NCBI GenBank assembly: GCA_040396935.1
Contig: JBBAXA010000014.1
Span: 3,314-67,313 of the forward strand
Source: Pirellula sp.
GTDB lineage: Bacteria; Planctomycetota; Planctomycetia; Pirellulales; Pirellulaceae
Direction: 5' to 3'
DNA length: 64,000 nt
Of the stretch, positions 9,167 to 19,904 are shown one piece after another. Every line of letters begins with the position of its first letter. Positions within the stretch are counted from its first letter, which is position 1. The notes under the pieces were generated by a model. The model had not been told where the DNA came from and did no database searches. It saw only the letters and a program-made list of their open reading frames with translations. A program made the translations under genes and the position numbers.

Positions 9167-10541
9167 ACTTCTTCGAAAGTAGATTGCGAGGCCATGCGAA
9201 TCCGAGGCCTATTCCCCCGAGTAATTCTGTCGGTACAACCCCACCTAGCACCTTGAACATGGGACGGTAGAGCGACTCCCAATCCTTGTTGCCGGCAGGG
9301 CAGTATTGTCGGCCATTCCCTTCGACCGCAACCATCCCAGCGATCCGCGACGCCAGCGATGCCGATGTTAGAAAGGACGCTCCCACACAGGTGAGATCCT
9401 GAACATAGCACTTCATGCCATAGTGTCGCGCCGCAGCAGCAAACAGGATGGAGTCGCTGATCCCCTTGCAAGCCTTGACAGCGATCCCGGAGTAACCCTG
9501 CTGCTTGGCGAACATGAAAGCATCCAGATCCGTCAACGATTCGTCGATCACCACCGGCTTCAGTCGACTCACTCGATGCATCGTCACTTCTTTTCTCGCT
9601 CGAAGATCGCGTCCCATGGGCTGTTCGATGTAATGCAGTTTTGCAATCGCCTCGCGTGCGAGTCGATCGATTCGCTCCAAAAAGTCGATCACATAATCCT
9701 CGTTTTCGCAGGCCTCATTAAAGTCCATCGAATAGGCCCATGTCCTGGTGGGTGCGACGCGCATCGCAATACGTTCAATCTCGACCAAGCGACCGACATC
9801 CGCATCCAAATCCGTTCCCGTGAGCTTGATTTTCAGGTGCGAAAGATGCTGCGCACGAATCCACTCTTCCAACGTCTCTGGGAGTCCATCCCCGACTGGT
9901 TTGCTCAGATCGGCCGTCGAAAGAGGATCGAGGGATCCCACTAAATGGTAGAGCGCTAAGGTGGATGCAGGTTTAGGCAAGAGCGTTCCATTGAAATGCT
10001 TGCCGACAAAGTCCTCTCCCAACCAGGGGGAAAGGTCGCTCCCGATATGTTCTGGGGTCAAACAATCAAAAGAATTCGCATTGTTCAAACGCCCATAGGC
10101 ATCATGGATCGCGATGTCCGCGCTCGAAAATGCGAGAGCGATCGCCAAGTCGGGGATCGGTTCCGCCAGTTTCATGGCTGTTGCCAACTCAGCCGCTTTG
10201 GCTTTCGCCATCGCCTTCAGTTGAGTGGCCAAAAACAGAGGGTGCTGAGCTGGTTCGAGTTCCGGCAACGACTGAGCGATACGTTCTGCCAACGCAATAA
10301 CAGTCCTCAGCACCTGCTCGGGAGTGAGCGTCTTGCTGGGCCATGCCCAGGCTGTCCCCATGGTCATCTCACCCATGCCATAGGCAATTTTCTTTTTACC
10401 CTTGTCCTCCAGGGTAATCGTAGTGCGAAATACCGTTACGTCTTTGACGACTCTTCCCCCGAACTTCAGAGGGGTCCGATAGACAAACGGGAACTTTTCC
10501 GATTCGGCTTCGACGACGGCAATCTTCGTGGATTTCGACAT
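9144..10541 (-). CDS. Mandelate racemase/muconate lactonizing (enolase-superfamily) protein
   Basis: KxK motif (HLKIKL), metal ligands in MDFNE, YIEQP and VIDES, VKACKG; start trimmed to MSKSTK. Confidence 0.8.
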   Translation of the reverse strand: MSKSTKIAVVEAESEKFPFVYRTPLKFGGRVVKDVTVFRTTITLEDKGKKKIAYGMGEMTMGTAWAWPSKTLTPEQVLRTVIALAERIAQSLPELEPAQHPLFLATQLKAMAKAKAAELATAMKLAEPIPDLAIALAFSSADIAIHDAYGRLNNANSFDCLTPEHIGSDLSPWLGEDFVGKHFNGTLLPKPASTLALYHLVGSLDPLSTADLSKPVGDGLPETLEEWIRAQHLSHLKIKLTGTDLDADVGRLVEIERIAMRVAPTRTWAYSMDFNEACENEDYVIDFLERIDRLAREAIAKLHYIEQPMGRDLRARKEVTMHRVSRLKPVVIDESLTDLDAFMFAKQQGYSGIAVKACKGISDSILFAAAARHYGMKCYVQDLTCVGASFLTSASLASRIAGMVAVEGNGRQYCPAGNKDWESLYRPMFKVLGGVVPTELLGGIGLGFAWPRNLLSKKYAALAQG

Positions 10542-10736
10542 GACATTCAATTGGAAATAGCTAGCCATCTGGCTCAAACACAATTCGATAGCATACGGCC
10601 CGAGAAGTCAGTTTCGATACCCCTAACTTCAATTTTTCGGGCCGCAACGCTCGGTTATGGGACAGCTCGTGTTGACGTACGCCAGACGACTTTTTCATAA
10701 TCCCCCAAAATAGTGGACCGAAGTCGAAAGGATTCT

Positions 10737-11564
10737 ATGGTTACGGTTGTTTGCACACGTTGGCTGGATGCCTTTCCCGCTTCCTATGTTCGTCTCCTGC
10801 GAAATGCGGTACGTGCGAATCTCTCACGAGAGCATCGTTTCCTATGCGTTACAGATAATCCTCGGGGGCTCGACCTGGACATTGAAGGGGTGCAAATGCC
10901 TGATATGGGTATTCCGCTCCACTTCCAAAAACATGGCTGCTGGCCCAAGCTCTCCATATTCGCCCCGGGGTTGTTGCCGCCTGACGAACCGACTCTCTAT
11001 TTGGACCTCGACATGATGGTTCGGTCAGGACTCGACTCCTTTTTTGAACAGATTGAATCGAAACAGGGATTCCATGCCTTGCGAGAATGGAATCCTACTC
11101 TTTGGAGTGCCGTCCCCCTGGCATGGAGGCCGGATCGAGGGGTGCAGGGATCGATCCTCGGTTTCATTCCAAGCGAACAACACTATCTCTACGATGAGTT
11201 CATGGCCAATCAAGAACTCTGTTTCCAGCGATATGGTTTGGATCAGGATTATCTGTCAAAAATGGCCAAAGCTCGAACGTATTGGCCGCACCACTGGACT
11301 GCGAGCTTCAAGTGGCACTGTGTTCGCTACTACCCTTTCAATCGGATTTTCCGAAAAATTAGGGAGCCGCGACATGCCAAGATCGTAGTTTTTCATGGTA
11401 GCCCCCGCCCGATCGATGTCGTTCCCCTCGGAGACTATCGCTGGGGAACATCTCGCAAGTTCGGCTACGGGCCTGTCGACTGGGTTAGAAAATACTGGCT
11501 TACCCACGATGAGGCCTGGAGTGATTCCATGGCCGGCACCCGCCCAGTCGCTGCCGCAGCTTGA
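10737..11564 (+). CDS. Putative GT-A glycosyltransferase
   Basis: TVVCTRW, RFLCVTD, WPKLSIF, LYLDLD (DxD), DQDY, IVVFHGSPRP. Confidence 0.65.
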   Translation: MVTVVCTRWLDAFPASYVRLLRNAVRANLSREHRFLCVTDNPRGLDLDIEGVQMPDMGIPLHFQKHGCWPKLSIFAPGLLPPDEPTLYLDLDMMVRSGLDSFFEQIESKQGFHALREWNPTLWSAVPLAWRPDRGVQGSILGFIPSEQHYLYDEFMANQELCFQRYGLDQDYLSKMAKARTYWPHHWTASFKWHCVRYYPFNRIFRKIREPRHAKIVVFHGSPRPIDVVPLGDYRWGTSRKFGYGPVDWVRKYWLTHDEAWSDSMAGTRPVAAAA

Positions 11565-11667
11565 CCGAGTTCCCCAACTCAACCGCCTTGACCAATGAAA
11601 ACATTGGTCTTCGGAAATTTTTTCTCACTACAAGTCGGTCGTGTTACGTTTTGCGAGCAATCGCGTG

Positions 11668-11895
11668 AAGGCCCTGGGAAGGCCCTGGGGACACACGTAA
11701 TCTGGCCCTGGGGACACACGTATTCGGAGCGCTAGCAAATAATCGATAAGCAGTGTCCCCCATTTGCTCCTTCGCCAAGCATCACCAAAAAGCAGTCTTC
11801 CCCGATTGACAAAGCCCGATTGGTCAAGGCTGTGTCCCCAGTGGCCGAACGAGTGGTCGAGGCTGTGTCCCCGAGTGACCCGATCCCCGAGTGAC
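11668..11895. repeat. Cluster of direct and inverted short repeats (REP/BIME-like, GGGGACAC/GTGTCCCC core)
   Basis: GGCCCTGGGGACACACGTA at 11681 and 11704; TGGTC(A/G)AGGCTGTGTCCCC at 11821 and 11854; CCCCGAGTGAC at 11869 and 11885; an extra GTGTCCCC near 11753. Left-hand cores are the reverse complement of right-hand cores. Confidence 0.75.
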
Positions 11896-12110
11896 TCCGC
11901 GAAAACAGGGTTATCGACGCGGGGTGACATGCGTCGTTTTGCACTAGCATTAGCCGCACTGCTCTTGGGCCGTTGTTCTTCGCAATAGATGCCGAACCAG
12001 TACAATGCTTGCTCTGCTTTACCTCGAGACCAGAGGCGTGCGAAATTCATTTTTCGGTTCCTAGGGAACGCCTCGTCTCGAGATTCCCTGCTCCTCATTT
12101 GCAACCGTCA

Positions 12111-13046
12111 ATGGCCCACGATTTAAACCCAGTATTGGTTCGTTTGGAACAGAACATCGAATCCGTTGTGCTGGGCAAAAAGGAAGTGGTTCGTCGGATT
12201 CTTGTGGCACTTATGGCGGGCGAACACTTGCTCCTGGAAGATGTGCCGGGGGTTGGAAAGACGCTATTGGCCAAAGCGATTGCCAAAAGCATCGATGGCA
12301 AGTTTACCCGGGTGCAGTTCACTCCGGACTTATTGCCCTCGGATATCACTGGAAGCAGCATCTATCACGAGGGGGAGTTCAAGTTTAGTCCGGGGCCTAT
12401 CTTCGCGAATATCGTCCTGGGGGATGAGATCAATCGGGCTCCCCCTCGAACGCAAAGCGCGTTATTGGAAGCGATGAGTGAACGTCAGGCGAGTGTGGAC
12501 GGTAAGACCTATCCCTTGCCTGAACCGTTCATGGTGATCGCTACGCAGAACCCGTTTGAGTTTGAGGGTACTTACGTATTGCCTGAGAGCCAACTCGATC
12601 GTTTTATCATGCGTGTAGACGTTGGATATCCAGGACGCGAGGCAGAACGCAATGTATTGAAATCCCATCGTTCCGGGGAGCCTGTCGATCAGCTTCACGC
12701 CGTCGCGACGGTCGAGGAGGTAAAGCAATTGCAACGTTCGGTGCGCGACATTGGCGTCGAGGACTCCATCATCGACTATTTGCAAGATATCGTAGATCAA
12801 ACACGACGCAGCAATGAAATCCAGGTCGGTGTCAGCACGCGTGGAGCGCTCGCTTTCTACCGGGCAGCTCAGGCCCATGCGCTCCTGACAGGTAGGAGTT
12901 ACGTGGTTCCCGACGACATAAAATCGCTCGCAATTCCTGTTTTGGCTCACCGAATCATGCCGCGTGGATTCACAGCAGGTAGCGAGCGGGCAACGGCAGA
13001 GTCCATCATCGAACGCTGCGTGCGGAATATCGATGTACCGGTTTAA
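12111..13046 (+). CDS. moxR: MoxR-family AAA+ ATPase
   Basis: LLEDVPGVGKT (Walker A), RVQFTPDLLPSDITG, DEINRAPPRTQSALLEAM, ATQNPFEFEGTYVLPESQLDRF; start trimmed to MAHDLN. Confidence 0.95.
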   Translation: MAHDLNPVLVRLEQNIESVVLGKKEVVRRILVALMAGEHLLLEDVPGVGKTLLAKAIAKSIDGKFTRVQFTPDLLPSDITGSSIYHEGEFKFSPGPIFANIVLGDEINRAPPRTQSALLEAMSERQASVDGKTYPLPEPFMVIATQNPFEFEGTYVLPESQLDRFIMRVDVGYPGREAERNVLKSHRSGEPVDQLHAVATVEEVKQLQRSVRDIGVEDSIIDYLQDIVDQTRRSNEIQVGVSTRGALAFYRAAQAHALLTGRSYVVPDDIKSLAIPVLAHRIMPRGFTAGSERATAESIIERCVRNIDVPV

Positions 13047-13093
13047 CACTCCAGCATCCATTCTGTACCGCATCCAATCGCTCGAGAACTGAG

Positions 13094-14476
13094 ATGGCTG
13101 AACTACCCACTACTTCGAGCATGCAAACGATGAATGCGAACGACGAGACGCTCGCAGGATCGACCGAAATTCGTCGCAGTTCCCTCTCCAATCCTTCCTC
13201 CCAAACAGGAGTCATGAACTGGATCTCCACTCCATTTCGTTTGGCTCGAAACGCGAGGCGAGCGACCACACCAGTCAATGTACGGTTGACTCGCGAGGGT
13301 TGGCAATTCCTGTTCATGGTATGCTTTGTGATCCTCGGAGCAGTCCTTCGAGATGTCAATTTGCTAGTCATCCTAGCCGGTACTCTTCTCGCACTGCTCC
13401 TGATCCAGTGGAGAGTCTGTTCAAAAAGCGTCTACGGATTGATCCCCTACCGACGTTTGCCACGGGCCATGCAAGCGAGAAAGGATTTTGAGATCGAGTT
13501 ATCGATTTCCAATCCGAAACGTTGGCTCGGTTCCTGGTTGGTTCTGGCTCAAGATCGCATCGTCTTCAAACCCACCGACGCGTCGAGTCCTCAGGTCTCC
13601 CAATCGATAAGCGTTTTGTTCCAGTCGGTTCCTCCTCAATCCAATCGCACCCAGAAGTATCGATGCAGAGTTCAACGCCGCGGCAACTACCAGTTTCTTG
13701 GCACCGAGATATCGACCCGATTTCCACTGGGATTGATGCGAGGAATCCTACCAGCGGTGGGCGATGGCGGTTTCGTGGTCCAGCCAGCCATAGGAAAATT
13801 GCTACCAGGTTGGTTGGAATTGTTCGACAGCAAGATCACCGGAGTGAAGCAACGCAAATCGAGGTCGTTGTCCGACGAGGGGGATTTCTTCGGCCTGAGG
13901 GCGTATCATCCCGGAGACAGCCCTCGCTGGATCCATTGGAGATCATCTGCGCGGATGAATGAGCTCGAGGTAAAACAATACCAGAAGGCGGATAGTCGCG
14001 AGTTTGTCGTGGTTTTGGATTTGTTTTCTCCTGGGGAATTGTCGCGCGCCGGTCGCGAGCTCCAATCCAAGATGGAGGATCTGGCAGTCGAGTATGTCGC
14101 ATCGATTGCTACCCAAATTGCATCCTCCAACAGTTCGATCCTCACGGTGGCCATCGCCGATGCTCATCCGACCGTTGCTCTCCGAATTCAAAACCGCGGG
14201 CAAAATGGGGCCCTTCTGGATCGGCTCGGCACGGCGCACGCCGGTGAACGGGATGGGCTCCCTAAAGCATTAGAACTTTTAGAAAGAGAATACCGACGGA
14301 TCGAGAAACTGGTCATCGTCAGCACACGACCTCGCCCCTCCGCGTTTCAGCGCTCGACGGACGATGCACAGCCTGGCGCAGCGGGACATTCGATCGTCTT
14401 TTGGAAAAGCATTGTTTGGCTCGATGCGACTCGAGGCGAGTTGCATCCTTACTTTGTTCCAGCCCCTAGCAACTGA
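13094..14476 (+). CDS. DUF58-domain membrane protein
   Basis: Two N-terminal TM helices, TRFPLGL, GDFFGLRAYHPGDSPRWIHWRSSAR, VKQYQ; follows moxR. Confidence 0.9.
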   Translation: MAELPTTSSMQTMNANDETLAGSTEIRRSSLSNPSSQTGVMNWISTPFRLARNARRATTPVNVRLTREGWQFLFMVCFVILGAVLRDVNLLVILAGTLLALLLIQWRVCSKSVYGLIPYRRLPRAMQARKDFEIELSISNPKRWLGSWLVLAQDRIVFKPTDASSPQVSQSISVLFQSVPPQSNRTQKYRCRVQRRGNYQFLGTEISTRFPLGLMRGILPAVGDGGFVVQPAIGKLLPGWLELFDSKITGVKQRKSRSLSDEGDFFGLRAYHPGDSPRWIHWRSSARMNELEVKQYQKADSREFVVVLDLFSPGELSRAGRELQSKMEDLAVEYVASIATQIASSNSSILTVAIADAHPTVALRIQNRGQNGALLDRLGTAHAGERDGLPKALELLEREYRRIEKLVIVSTRPRPSAFQRSTDDAQPGAAGHSIVFWKSIVWLDATRGELHPYFVPAPSN

Positions 14477-14486
14477 ATTCCGATTG

Positions 14487-17400
14487 ATGTTGTCTTTGGT
14501 TGTTCGAACGATTTTCCACTTCCGCAATCTGCTCCTACCGGTCGTGTTCGGAGTCTCGGTGGCAGGTGCTGTGATTGTCGGCGCTTTGATGGTCGGAGAC
14601 AGCGTGCGAGGATCGCTTCGGCACATGGCGCTCGATCGCATCGGAGACTACGACCGCATGCTGATCGCTCCGCGGTGGTTCGAGCCATCGATGTTCGATC
14701 GTTCCCAGTTTAAGGGTGATGTCGAAGAGGTTTTATTCCTTCCCCAAGCCACCGCTCTTCGCGAGCAGTGGAATGGATCGGATCGAGCCATTTTCCGCGC
14801 CAACGATATGGCGCTCCTCGGTACCGAACCATCGTTCTGGAAGCACGGCAAGGGACAAGCCATAAAACAACCACAGGATGAGGAAATCATCCTGAATGAA
14901 TCTTTGGCCCGCGCACTACAAGCCAAGATTGGTGATCCGCTCACGCTTCGAGTCCCGGCTCAATCTGTCGTCCCGGCAGAGAGCGCCCTCGGAAAGCGAG
15001 AGCAAGACACGTTCGTTCTACCCCGATGGAAGGTCATCGATATCCTGCCAGACGAAAGCCTCGCTCGGTTCTCCATTCGGAGCGATCAACGCCCCGTGAT
15101 GAATGCCTTCGTCGATAAAAAGTATTTACAGCAAGCCATTGAGGTCGGAAGCAAAATAAACGCCATCTTGGCGAAGAGGGATCCGTCAGCCCCTCCACAG
15201 TCTGATCTCCTTTCTCGCCTGCAACCCAGTCTCAAAGACCTGGGCTTGTCCTTGGAGCGAGTGACTAAAACGTTTCCGAACGACGACGGGGAGCGAGTCT
15301 ACGACTACACGCATCTCACCACCGATCAGATGTTGCTGCCGGATCACCTCGCGGATCGTGTGATGAAAGAGGTTTCCGAGTTGAAACCCGTTCCCATTCT
15401 CACTTACCTCGCCAATGGAGTGGAAAAGGAATCAGGATCGATCGACGCCACCAAGCGCAAATCCGTCCCTTACTCCACGATCAGCGCGGTGAAATGGGAA
15501 TTACTCGAAGAGATTCTCCTATCGACCGTTCCGCCGGTAAATTTCGAAAAGGATGCGGCTGATCGCTCCGATTGGATCGTCGTCCATCGCTGGCTCGCGG
15601 ATGAATTGGGGATTCGAGTCGGAGATCGATTGAAAATCGATTATTTCCTTCCGGAGACGGTCGAAGGGACCGAAGTGGAGAAGAGTTTCACTGCGACCGT
15701 GACCGCGATCGCACCCATCACCGCGCCCGATTCTGCTCCGCGCGGCAGAGGGAAGTCCAAACAAATTCAGTATTCCAATCGTCCCACCCCGTTCAATGAT
15801 CCTGCATGGACGCCCGTGGTTCCCGGAATCACCGATCAGGATTCGATATCCAAATGGGATACCCCTTTCCCGCTCAAAAGAGAGATCGAGCCCCAAGACG
15901 ATGACTACTGGAACGCGCACGGCCTCACCCCGAAGTTATTCATCTCGTACGAGCGAGGAAAAGAACTCTTTGGTTCGAGATTTGGGAATCAAACTAGCTT
16001 GCGTTTCGATCATTTGAGCGATGTTCAGCGAGAAGACACAGGGAAGAAACTGACGCGCATCGCGAGCTCGGAGTTGCCTGCGTTGGGGTGGCGCGACTTG
16101 GCCTTGCGAGAGATTCAGATGCAGAAATCATCAGGGACTACGCCGTTCGATGCCTTGTTCTTATCGCTTAGTTTTTTTCTCATTGCGGCAGCATTGCTGC
16201 TGGTCGTTCTTCTCTTTCGGCTCTCGATCGAGAAGCGGGCTGATCACTGGGGTTTGCTGGCGGCCACGGGTTGGACCAGAGGATCCGTCCGTAAACTCTT
16301 GCTGTTAGAGGGAGCCATCCTCGCGGGTTTGGGAGCCCTGGGAGGTGTTGCCCTGGGCACGCTTTATGCGATGGCGATGATCGGGTTACTGAAGACATGG
16401 TGGGTGGGTGCCATCACTGTTTCCTTTCTCGATTACTACGTTCGGCCCTGGAGTTTGTTGCTGGGCATGGCCTTAAGCTGGTTCGTGGCTTTGGCGGCGA
16501 TCTATCTTTCGACGCGTCGGCTGAAGAAGAGCCCCATCGCTTCCTTACTGAAAGGACGGGTCGACGAACCGCGGCTTGAAATGAAATCCTCGCGGTGGAC
16601 GCGGATCGGCATGATCCTTTGTTTTGTTATGGCGATCCTACCCATGGCCGCTGGAGGTTTTTTACAAGGCCAGCAACGCGCGGGAGCCTTTGTCGTTTCT
16701 GGAATGCTTTTCATGATGGCGGGTTTGATGTGGGTCTGGAGGAATCTGAAACTGACGAATTCGCAATGGAGTTTGTTGCCCACCTCGATCGATCTGGCTC
16801 GGAGTAATGCGAAGCGCTCGCCGACACGCAGCATTCTCTCGATCGCGTTGGTAGCGATCGCCTCCTTTCTGATCCTGTCGATGAGCCTTTTTCAAGCCGT
16901 GCCGAGCGATCCAGGCATGGGAGGATTCCAGTGGATGGGTAAAAGCGCTAGTCCGGTTTATGTTGAGATCGGGAACCAGGTCAGTCGTCAGCAAGCGATT
17001 GGAGACGCCGCTCTATCGATGAAGGATTGGGAGGTCGTCTCCATCCGAGTTCGAGGCGGCGATGATGCGAGTTGCAACAATCTCTATCAAGCCAATGAGC
17101 CGCAGATTCTCGGCATGTCGCCGCGCATCGCCAAGATCGATCGCGATGCATCGGGTCAATCGAGGTTCGCATGGTTTCAGCACAAAGACTTGGGCTCTGA
17201 TGAGTCACCGTGGAGCCAGCTCGAGGAAGTGCGGGTCGGAGATGCGACGAGTCCTATTCCTGTCGTGATCGATCAGAACACCGCGTTGTGGGCGCTGCAC
17301 CTGGGGGGGTACGTGGGCGAACGATTTCAATACAAGTTCGATCAGCGCACGATCCACTTTGAAGCTGTCGGGATCCTCCAGAACACGATCTTGCAGGGGA

Positions 17401-17978
17401 GCTTGATTATTGGAGAAGCGAACTTCCAGAGTTTGTTCCCGTCGTTGACGGGATACAAGAATTTCCTTGTCGAGGAGAAGCCCTCGGGAACGGGGGGCGA
17501 CGGAAAACGACTCTTGGAAAATGCGTTCGAGGAGCAGGGGCTGAGCCTGGTTCGGAGCGCCGATGTTCTATCGCAGTTGCTGGCGGTACAGAACACGTAT
17601 CTTTCTGCTTTTCAATTGCTAGGAGCTTTGGGATTGCTTTTAGGCACGATCGGTTTGGGAGTCGCTCAACTGCGAGGTGCCATGGAACGGAGAGCGGAGT
17701 TAGCATCCATGCGAGCCATCGGCTTTACAAAGTCGCGATTGACGTGGCTCCTTGCTGTTGAAAACGCCTGGCAACTGCTCCGAGGCATGCTGGTCGGTGG
17801 CTTGGCAGCGGCTCTCGCGACGATTCCCGCCTTGGTGGGGGGGCAGCCGTTTGCGGGGCTGCAGGGACCGCTCTGGATGCTCTCGTTCATTGTGATCACG
17901 GGGTTGCTGACCAGTTGGATCTCCGCAAAACTGGCGATGGGATGGCCGCTTTTGAACGCGCTGCGCTCCGATCGTTGA
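14487..17978 (+). CDS. Large FtsX/MacB-like ABC transporter permease (duplicated architecture)
   Basis: GVSVAGAVIVGALMVGDSVRGSL, FLSLSFFLIAAALLLV, RRAELASMRAIGF; start trimmed to MLSLVVRT. Confidence 0.88.
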   Translation: MLSLVVRTIFHFRNLLLPVVFGVSVAGAVIVGALMVGDSVRGSLRHMALDRIGDYDRMLIAPRWFEPSMFDRSQFKGDVEEVLFLPQATALREQWNGSDRAIFRANDMALLGTEPSFWKHGKGQAIKQPQDEEIILNESLARALQAKIGDPLTLRVPAQSVVPAESALGKREQDTFVLPRWKVIDILPDESLARFSIRSDQRPVMNAFVDKKYLQQAIEVGSKINAILAKRDPSAPPQSDLLSRLQPSLKDLGLSLERVTKTFPNDDGERVYDYTHLTTDQMLLPDHLADRVMKEVSELKPVPILTYLANGVEKESGSIDATKRKSVPYSTISAVKWELLEEILLSTVPPVNFEKDAADRSDWIVVHRWLADELGIRVGDRLKIDYFLPETVEGTEVEKSFTATVTAIAPITAPDSAPRGRGKSKQIQYSNRPTPFNDPAWTPVVPGITDQDSISKWDTPFPLKREIEPQDDDYWNAHGLTPKLFISYERGKELFGSRFGNQTSLRFDHLSDVQREDTGKKLTRIASSELPALGWRDLALREIQMQKSSGTTPFDALFLSLSFFLIAAALLLVVLLFRLSIEKRADHWGLLAATGWTRGSVRKLLLLEGAILAGLGALGGVALGTLYAMAMIGLLKTWWVGAITVSFLDYYVRPWSLLLGMALSWFVALAAIYLSTRRLKKSPIASLLKGRVDEPRLEMKSSRWTRIGMILCFVMAILPMAAGGFLQGQQRAGAFVVSGMLFMMAGLMWVWRNLKLTNSQWSLLPTSIDLARSNAKRSPTRSILSIALVAIASFLILSMSLFQAVPSDPGMGGFQWMGKSASPVYVEIGNQVSRQQAIGDAALSMKDWEVVSIRVRGGDDASCNNLYQANEPQILGMSPRIAKIDRDASGQSRFAWFQHKDLGSDESPWSQLEEVRVGDATSPIPVVIDQNTALWALHLGGYVGERFQYKFDQRTIHFEAVGILQNTILQGSLIIGEANFQSLFPSLTGYKNFLVEEKPSGTGGDGKRLLENAFEEQGLSLVRSADVLSQLLAVQNTYLSAFQLLGALGLLLGTIGLGVAQLRGAMERRAELASMRAIGFTKSRLTWLLAVENAWQLLRGMLVGGLAAALATIPALVGGQPFAGLQGPLWMLSFIVITGLLTSWISAKLAMGWPLLNALRSDR

Positions 17979-18233
17979 TCGAAATCCGCATGGTAAAGGG
18001 TCTAGTCCGGATGGCGGATGGTCCGAAGAGCAGCAGATCTTACCCAAATAGCGCGATCGATGCTTACTGCGATTTTGGAACACATTAAGCCCGGCCTACT
18101 GTAGCGGAACGTCTCTTCGCGGATTAAACTTTTGGACGCTTTGCAAGCTGCCGCGCGAATCGCATGTTGAGGCGAATCCATACTCCACGCGGAGCACTTT
18201 CTCTTACCTCTCCGAGTTCTGAGCTCTACACAC

Positions 18234-19817
18234 ATGAGTGAATCCAAGAATAACGATGCAGTGGCCCCGAATGCCCATAGGCTGTTATGGGCGGGCTTTA
18301 TGGCAATCCTCGCAGCTGGCGTGGGCTTTGCGATTCGAGGTGGCATCCTTGATAACTGGGGTAAGGAATATGGCTTCAACGCGACACAGCTCGGCGCCAT
18401 CGGTGGTGCGGGCTTCTCGGGCTTCTGTTTCGGAATCATTATCGGGGGCGTGATCGTCGATAAGATTGGTTATGGCAAGCTGGTTGGCTTGGCGCTCGTC
18501 GGTCACATCCTCTCAGCGATCATTACGTTTGCGGCATCCACTCCCGAAAATGCATACAACTATCTCTATTGGGGAATGTTTATTTTCGCGTATGCCAACG
18601 GAACGCTCGAGGCCGTAGCGAATCCGCTCGTTGCGACTGTTTTTCCCAACAACAGAACACACTACCTCAACATTCTGCATGCGAGTTGGCCTGCAGGGAT
18701 GATCCTCGGTACGGCAGCAGGATGGTTGCTCGATGACCGCTTGGAATGGAATTGGAAGGCGCAATTGGCACTCTATTTGGTACCGACCGTTCTGTATGCG
18801 GTCATGTTCCTAGGTCAAAAATTCCCCAAGTCCGAAGCAGCAGCCAGCGGCTCGAGTTTCGTAGAAATGTACAAGTCGGTTGGGATTCTCGGATCGCTCG
18901 TCGCATGCTATCTGCTGGCGTTGTTCTTCGGTGACATCTTCAAGGGATGGATGCCAGAGAGTGCTTCGTTGATCGGATATGGTATCGGCGGTGCGCTCCT
19001 TATTGCGGTCGCTGTGATGACCAACTTCTCAATCGGTTCCTTCCTACTCTTTGTCTTGTTTGTTGCACATGCTTTTGTCGGTTCGGTGGAGTTGGGCACC
19101 GACAGTTGGATCCAAAACATCACAGGAAACCTTTTCACATCGGAACAGGGCAAGTACCTCTTCCTTTGGACCTCGGCAATCATGTTCGGATTGCGATTCT
19201 GTGCGGATTGGATTGAGAAAACATTGAAGCTTTCGCCGATCGGACTTTTGCTCGCGTGCTCGGTCATCGCCTGCCTCGGACTCACCCTGGCGAGCGGCAT
19301 GCAAACCTTCTGGATGGCTCTGGTCGCCCTCGGGATCTATGCTGTCGGGAAGACCTTCTTCTGGCCGACCATGCTCGCTGTCGTCGGTGACCGTTTCCCA
19401 CAAACAGGGGCCGTCGCTATGTCGATCATGGGTGGTATCGGTATGCTGTCAGCAGGTCTGATCGGAGGTCCTGGTCTCGGATATTGCAAGGATCGATTCG
19501 CCTCCGAAAAGCTCGCCCAGGTCAGTCCCGAATTGGCTCAGCAGTACAAATCCAGCAAGCCAAGCGCGTTCCTGAATATCAAGTCCACTGAAATCTACGG
19601 TTTGGATGGAACGCGGTTAGCCGAAGCCAAGGAGTCGAAATCACGCACTCCCGAACAACAGCAAGTCGTGGAGGCCGATCAAGCTGGTGATCGAAGCACG
19701 CTCAAAGCCGATTCGATCATTCCAGCGGTGATGGCTGTGATCTATCTGCTCATCATGCTGTACTTCAAATCGATCGGTGGATACAAACCCATTTCGTTGG
19801 CAGGAAACCGCAGCTAA
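18234..19817 (+). CDS. MFS transporter
   Basis: Many TM helices, [40 protein letters not shown]. Confidence 0.9.
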   Translation: MSESKNNDAVAPNAHRLLWAGFMAILAAGVGFAIRGGILDNWGKEYGFNATQLGAIGGAGFSGFCFGIIIGGVIVDKIGYGKLVGLALVGHILSAIITFAASTPENAYNYLYWGMFIFAYANGTLEAVANPLVATVFPNNRTHYLNILHASWPAGMILGTAAGWLLDDRLEWNWKAQLALYLVPTVLYAVMFLGQKFPKSEAAASGSSFVEMYKSVGILGSLVACYLLALFFGDIFKGWMPESASLIGYGIGGALLIAVAVMTNFSIGSFLLFVLFVAHAFVGSVELGTDSWIQNITGNLFTSEQGKYLFLWTSAIMFGLRFCADWIEKTLKLSPIGLLLACSVIACLGLTLASGMQTFWMALVALGIYAVGKTFFWPTMLAVVGDRFPQTGAVAMSIMGGIGMLSAGLIGGPGLGYCKDRFASEKLAQVSPELAQQYKSSKPSAFLNIKSTEIYGLDGTRLAEAKESKSRTPEQQQVVEADQAGDRSTLKADSIIPAVMAVIYLLIMLYFKSIGGYKPISLAGNRS

Positions 19818-19858
19818 GCATTCATCGCTTTGCAAGCCTAAAGATCAATTTCCATCGA

Positions 19859-19904
19859 ACCAACATGCGTCGAGTCACCTCGAAACATGTTGGTTTTTTC
19901 TTTT
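19859..19904 (+). terminator. Probable Rho-independent terminator after the MFS gene
   Basis: ACCAACATG (19859-19867) / CATGTTGGT (19886-19894) stem followed by TTTTTCTTTT. Confidence 0.65.

Noticed and set aside
11628-12104. 158-aa minus-strand ORF with a GHSLD repeat
   Set aside because: The peptide repeat simply reflects the DNA repeat cluster, and the rest is not protein-like.
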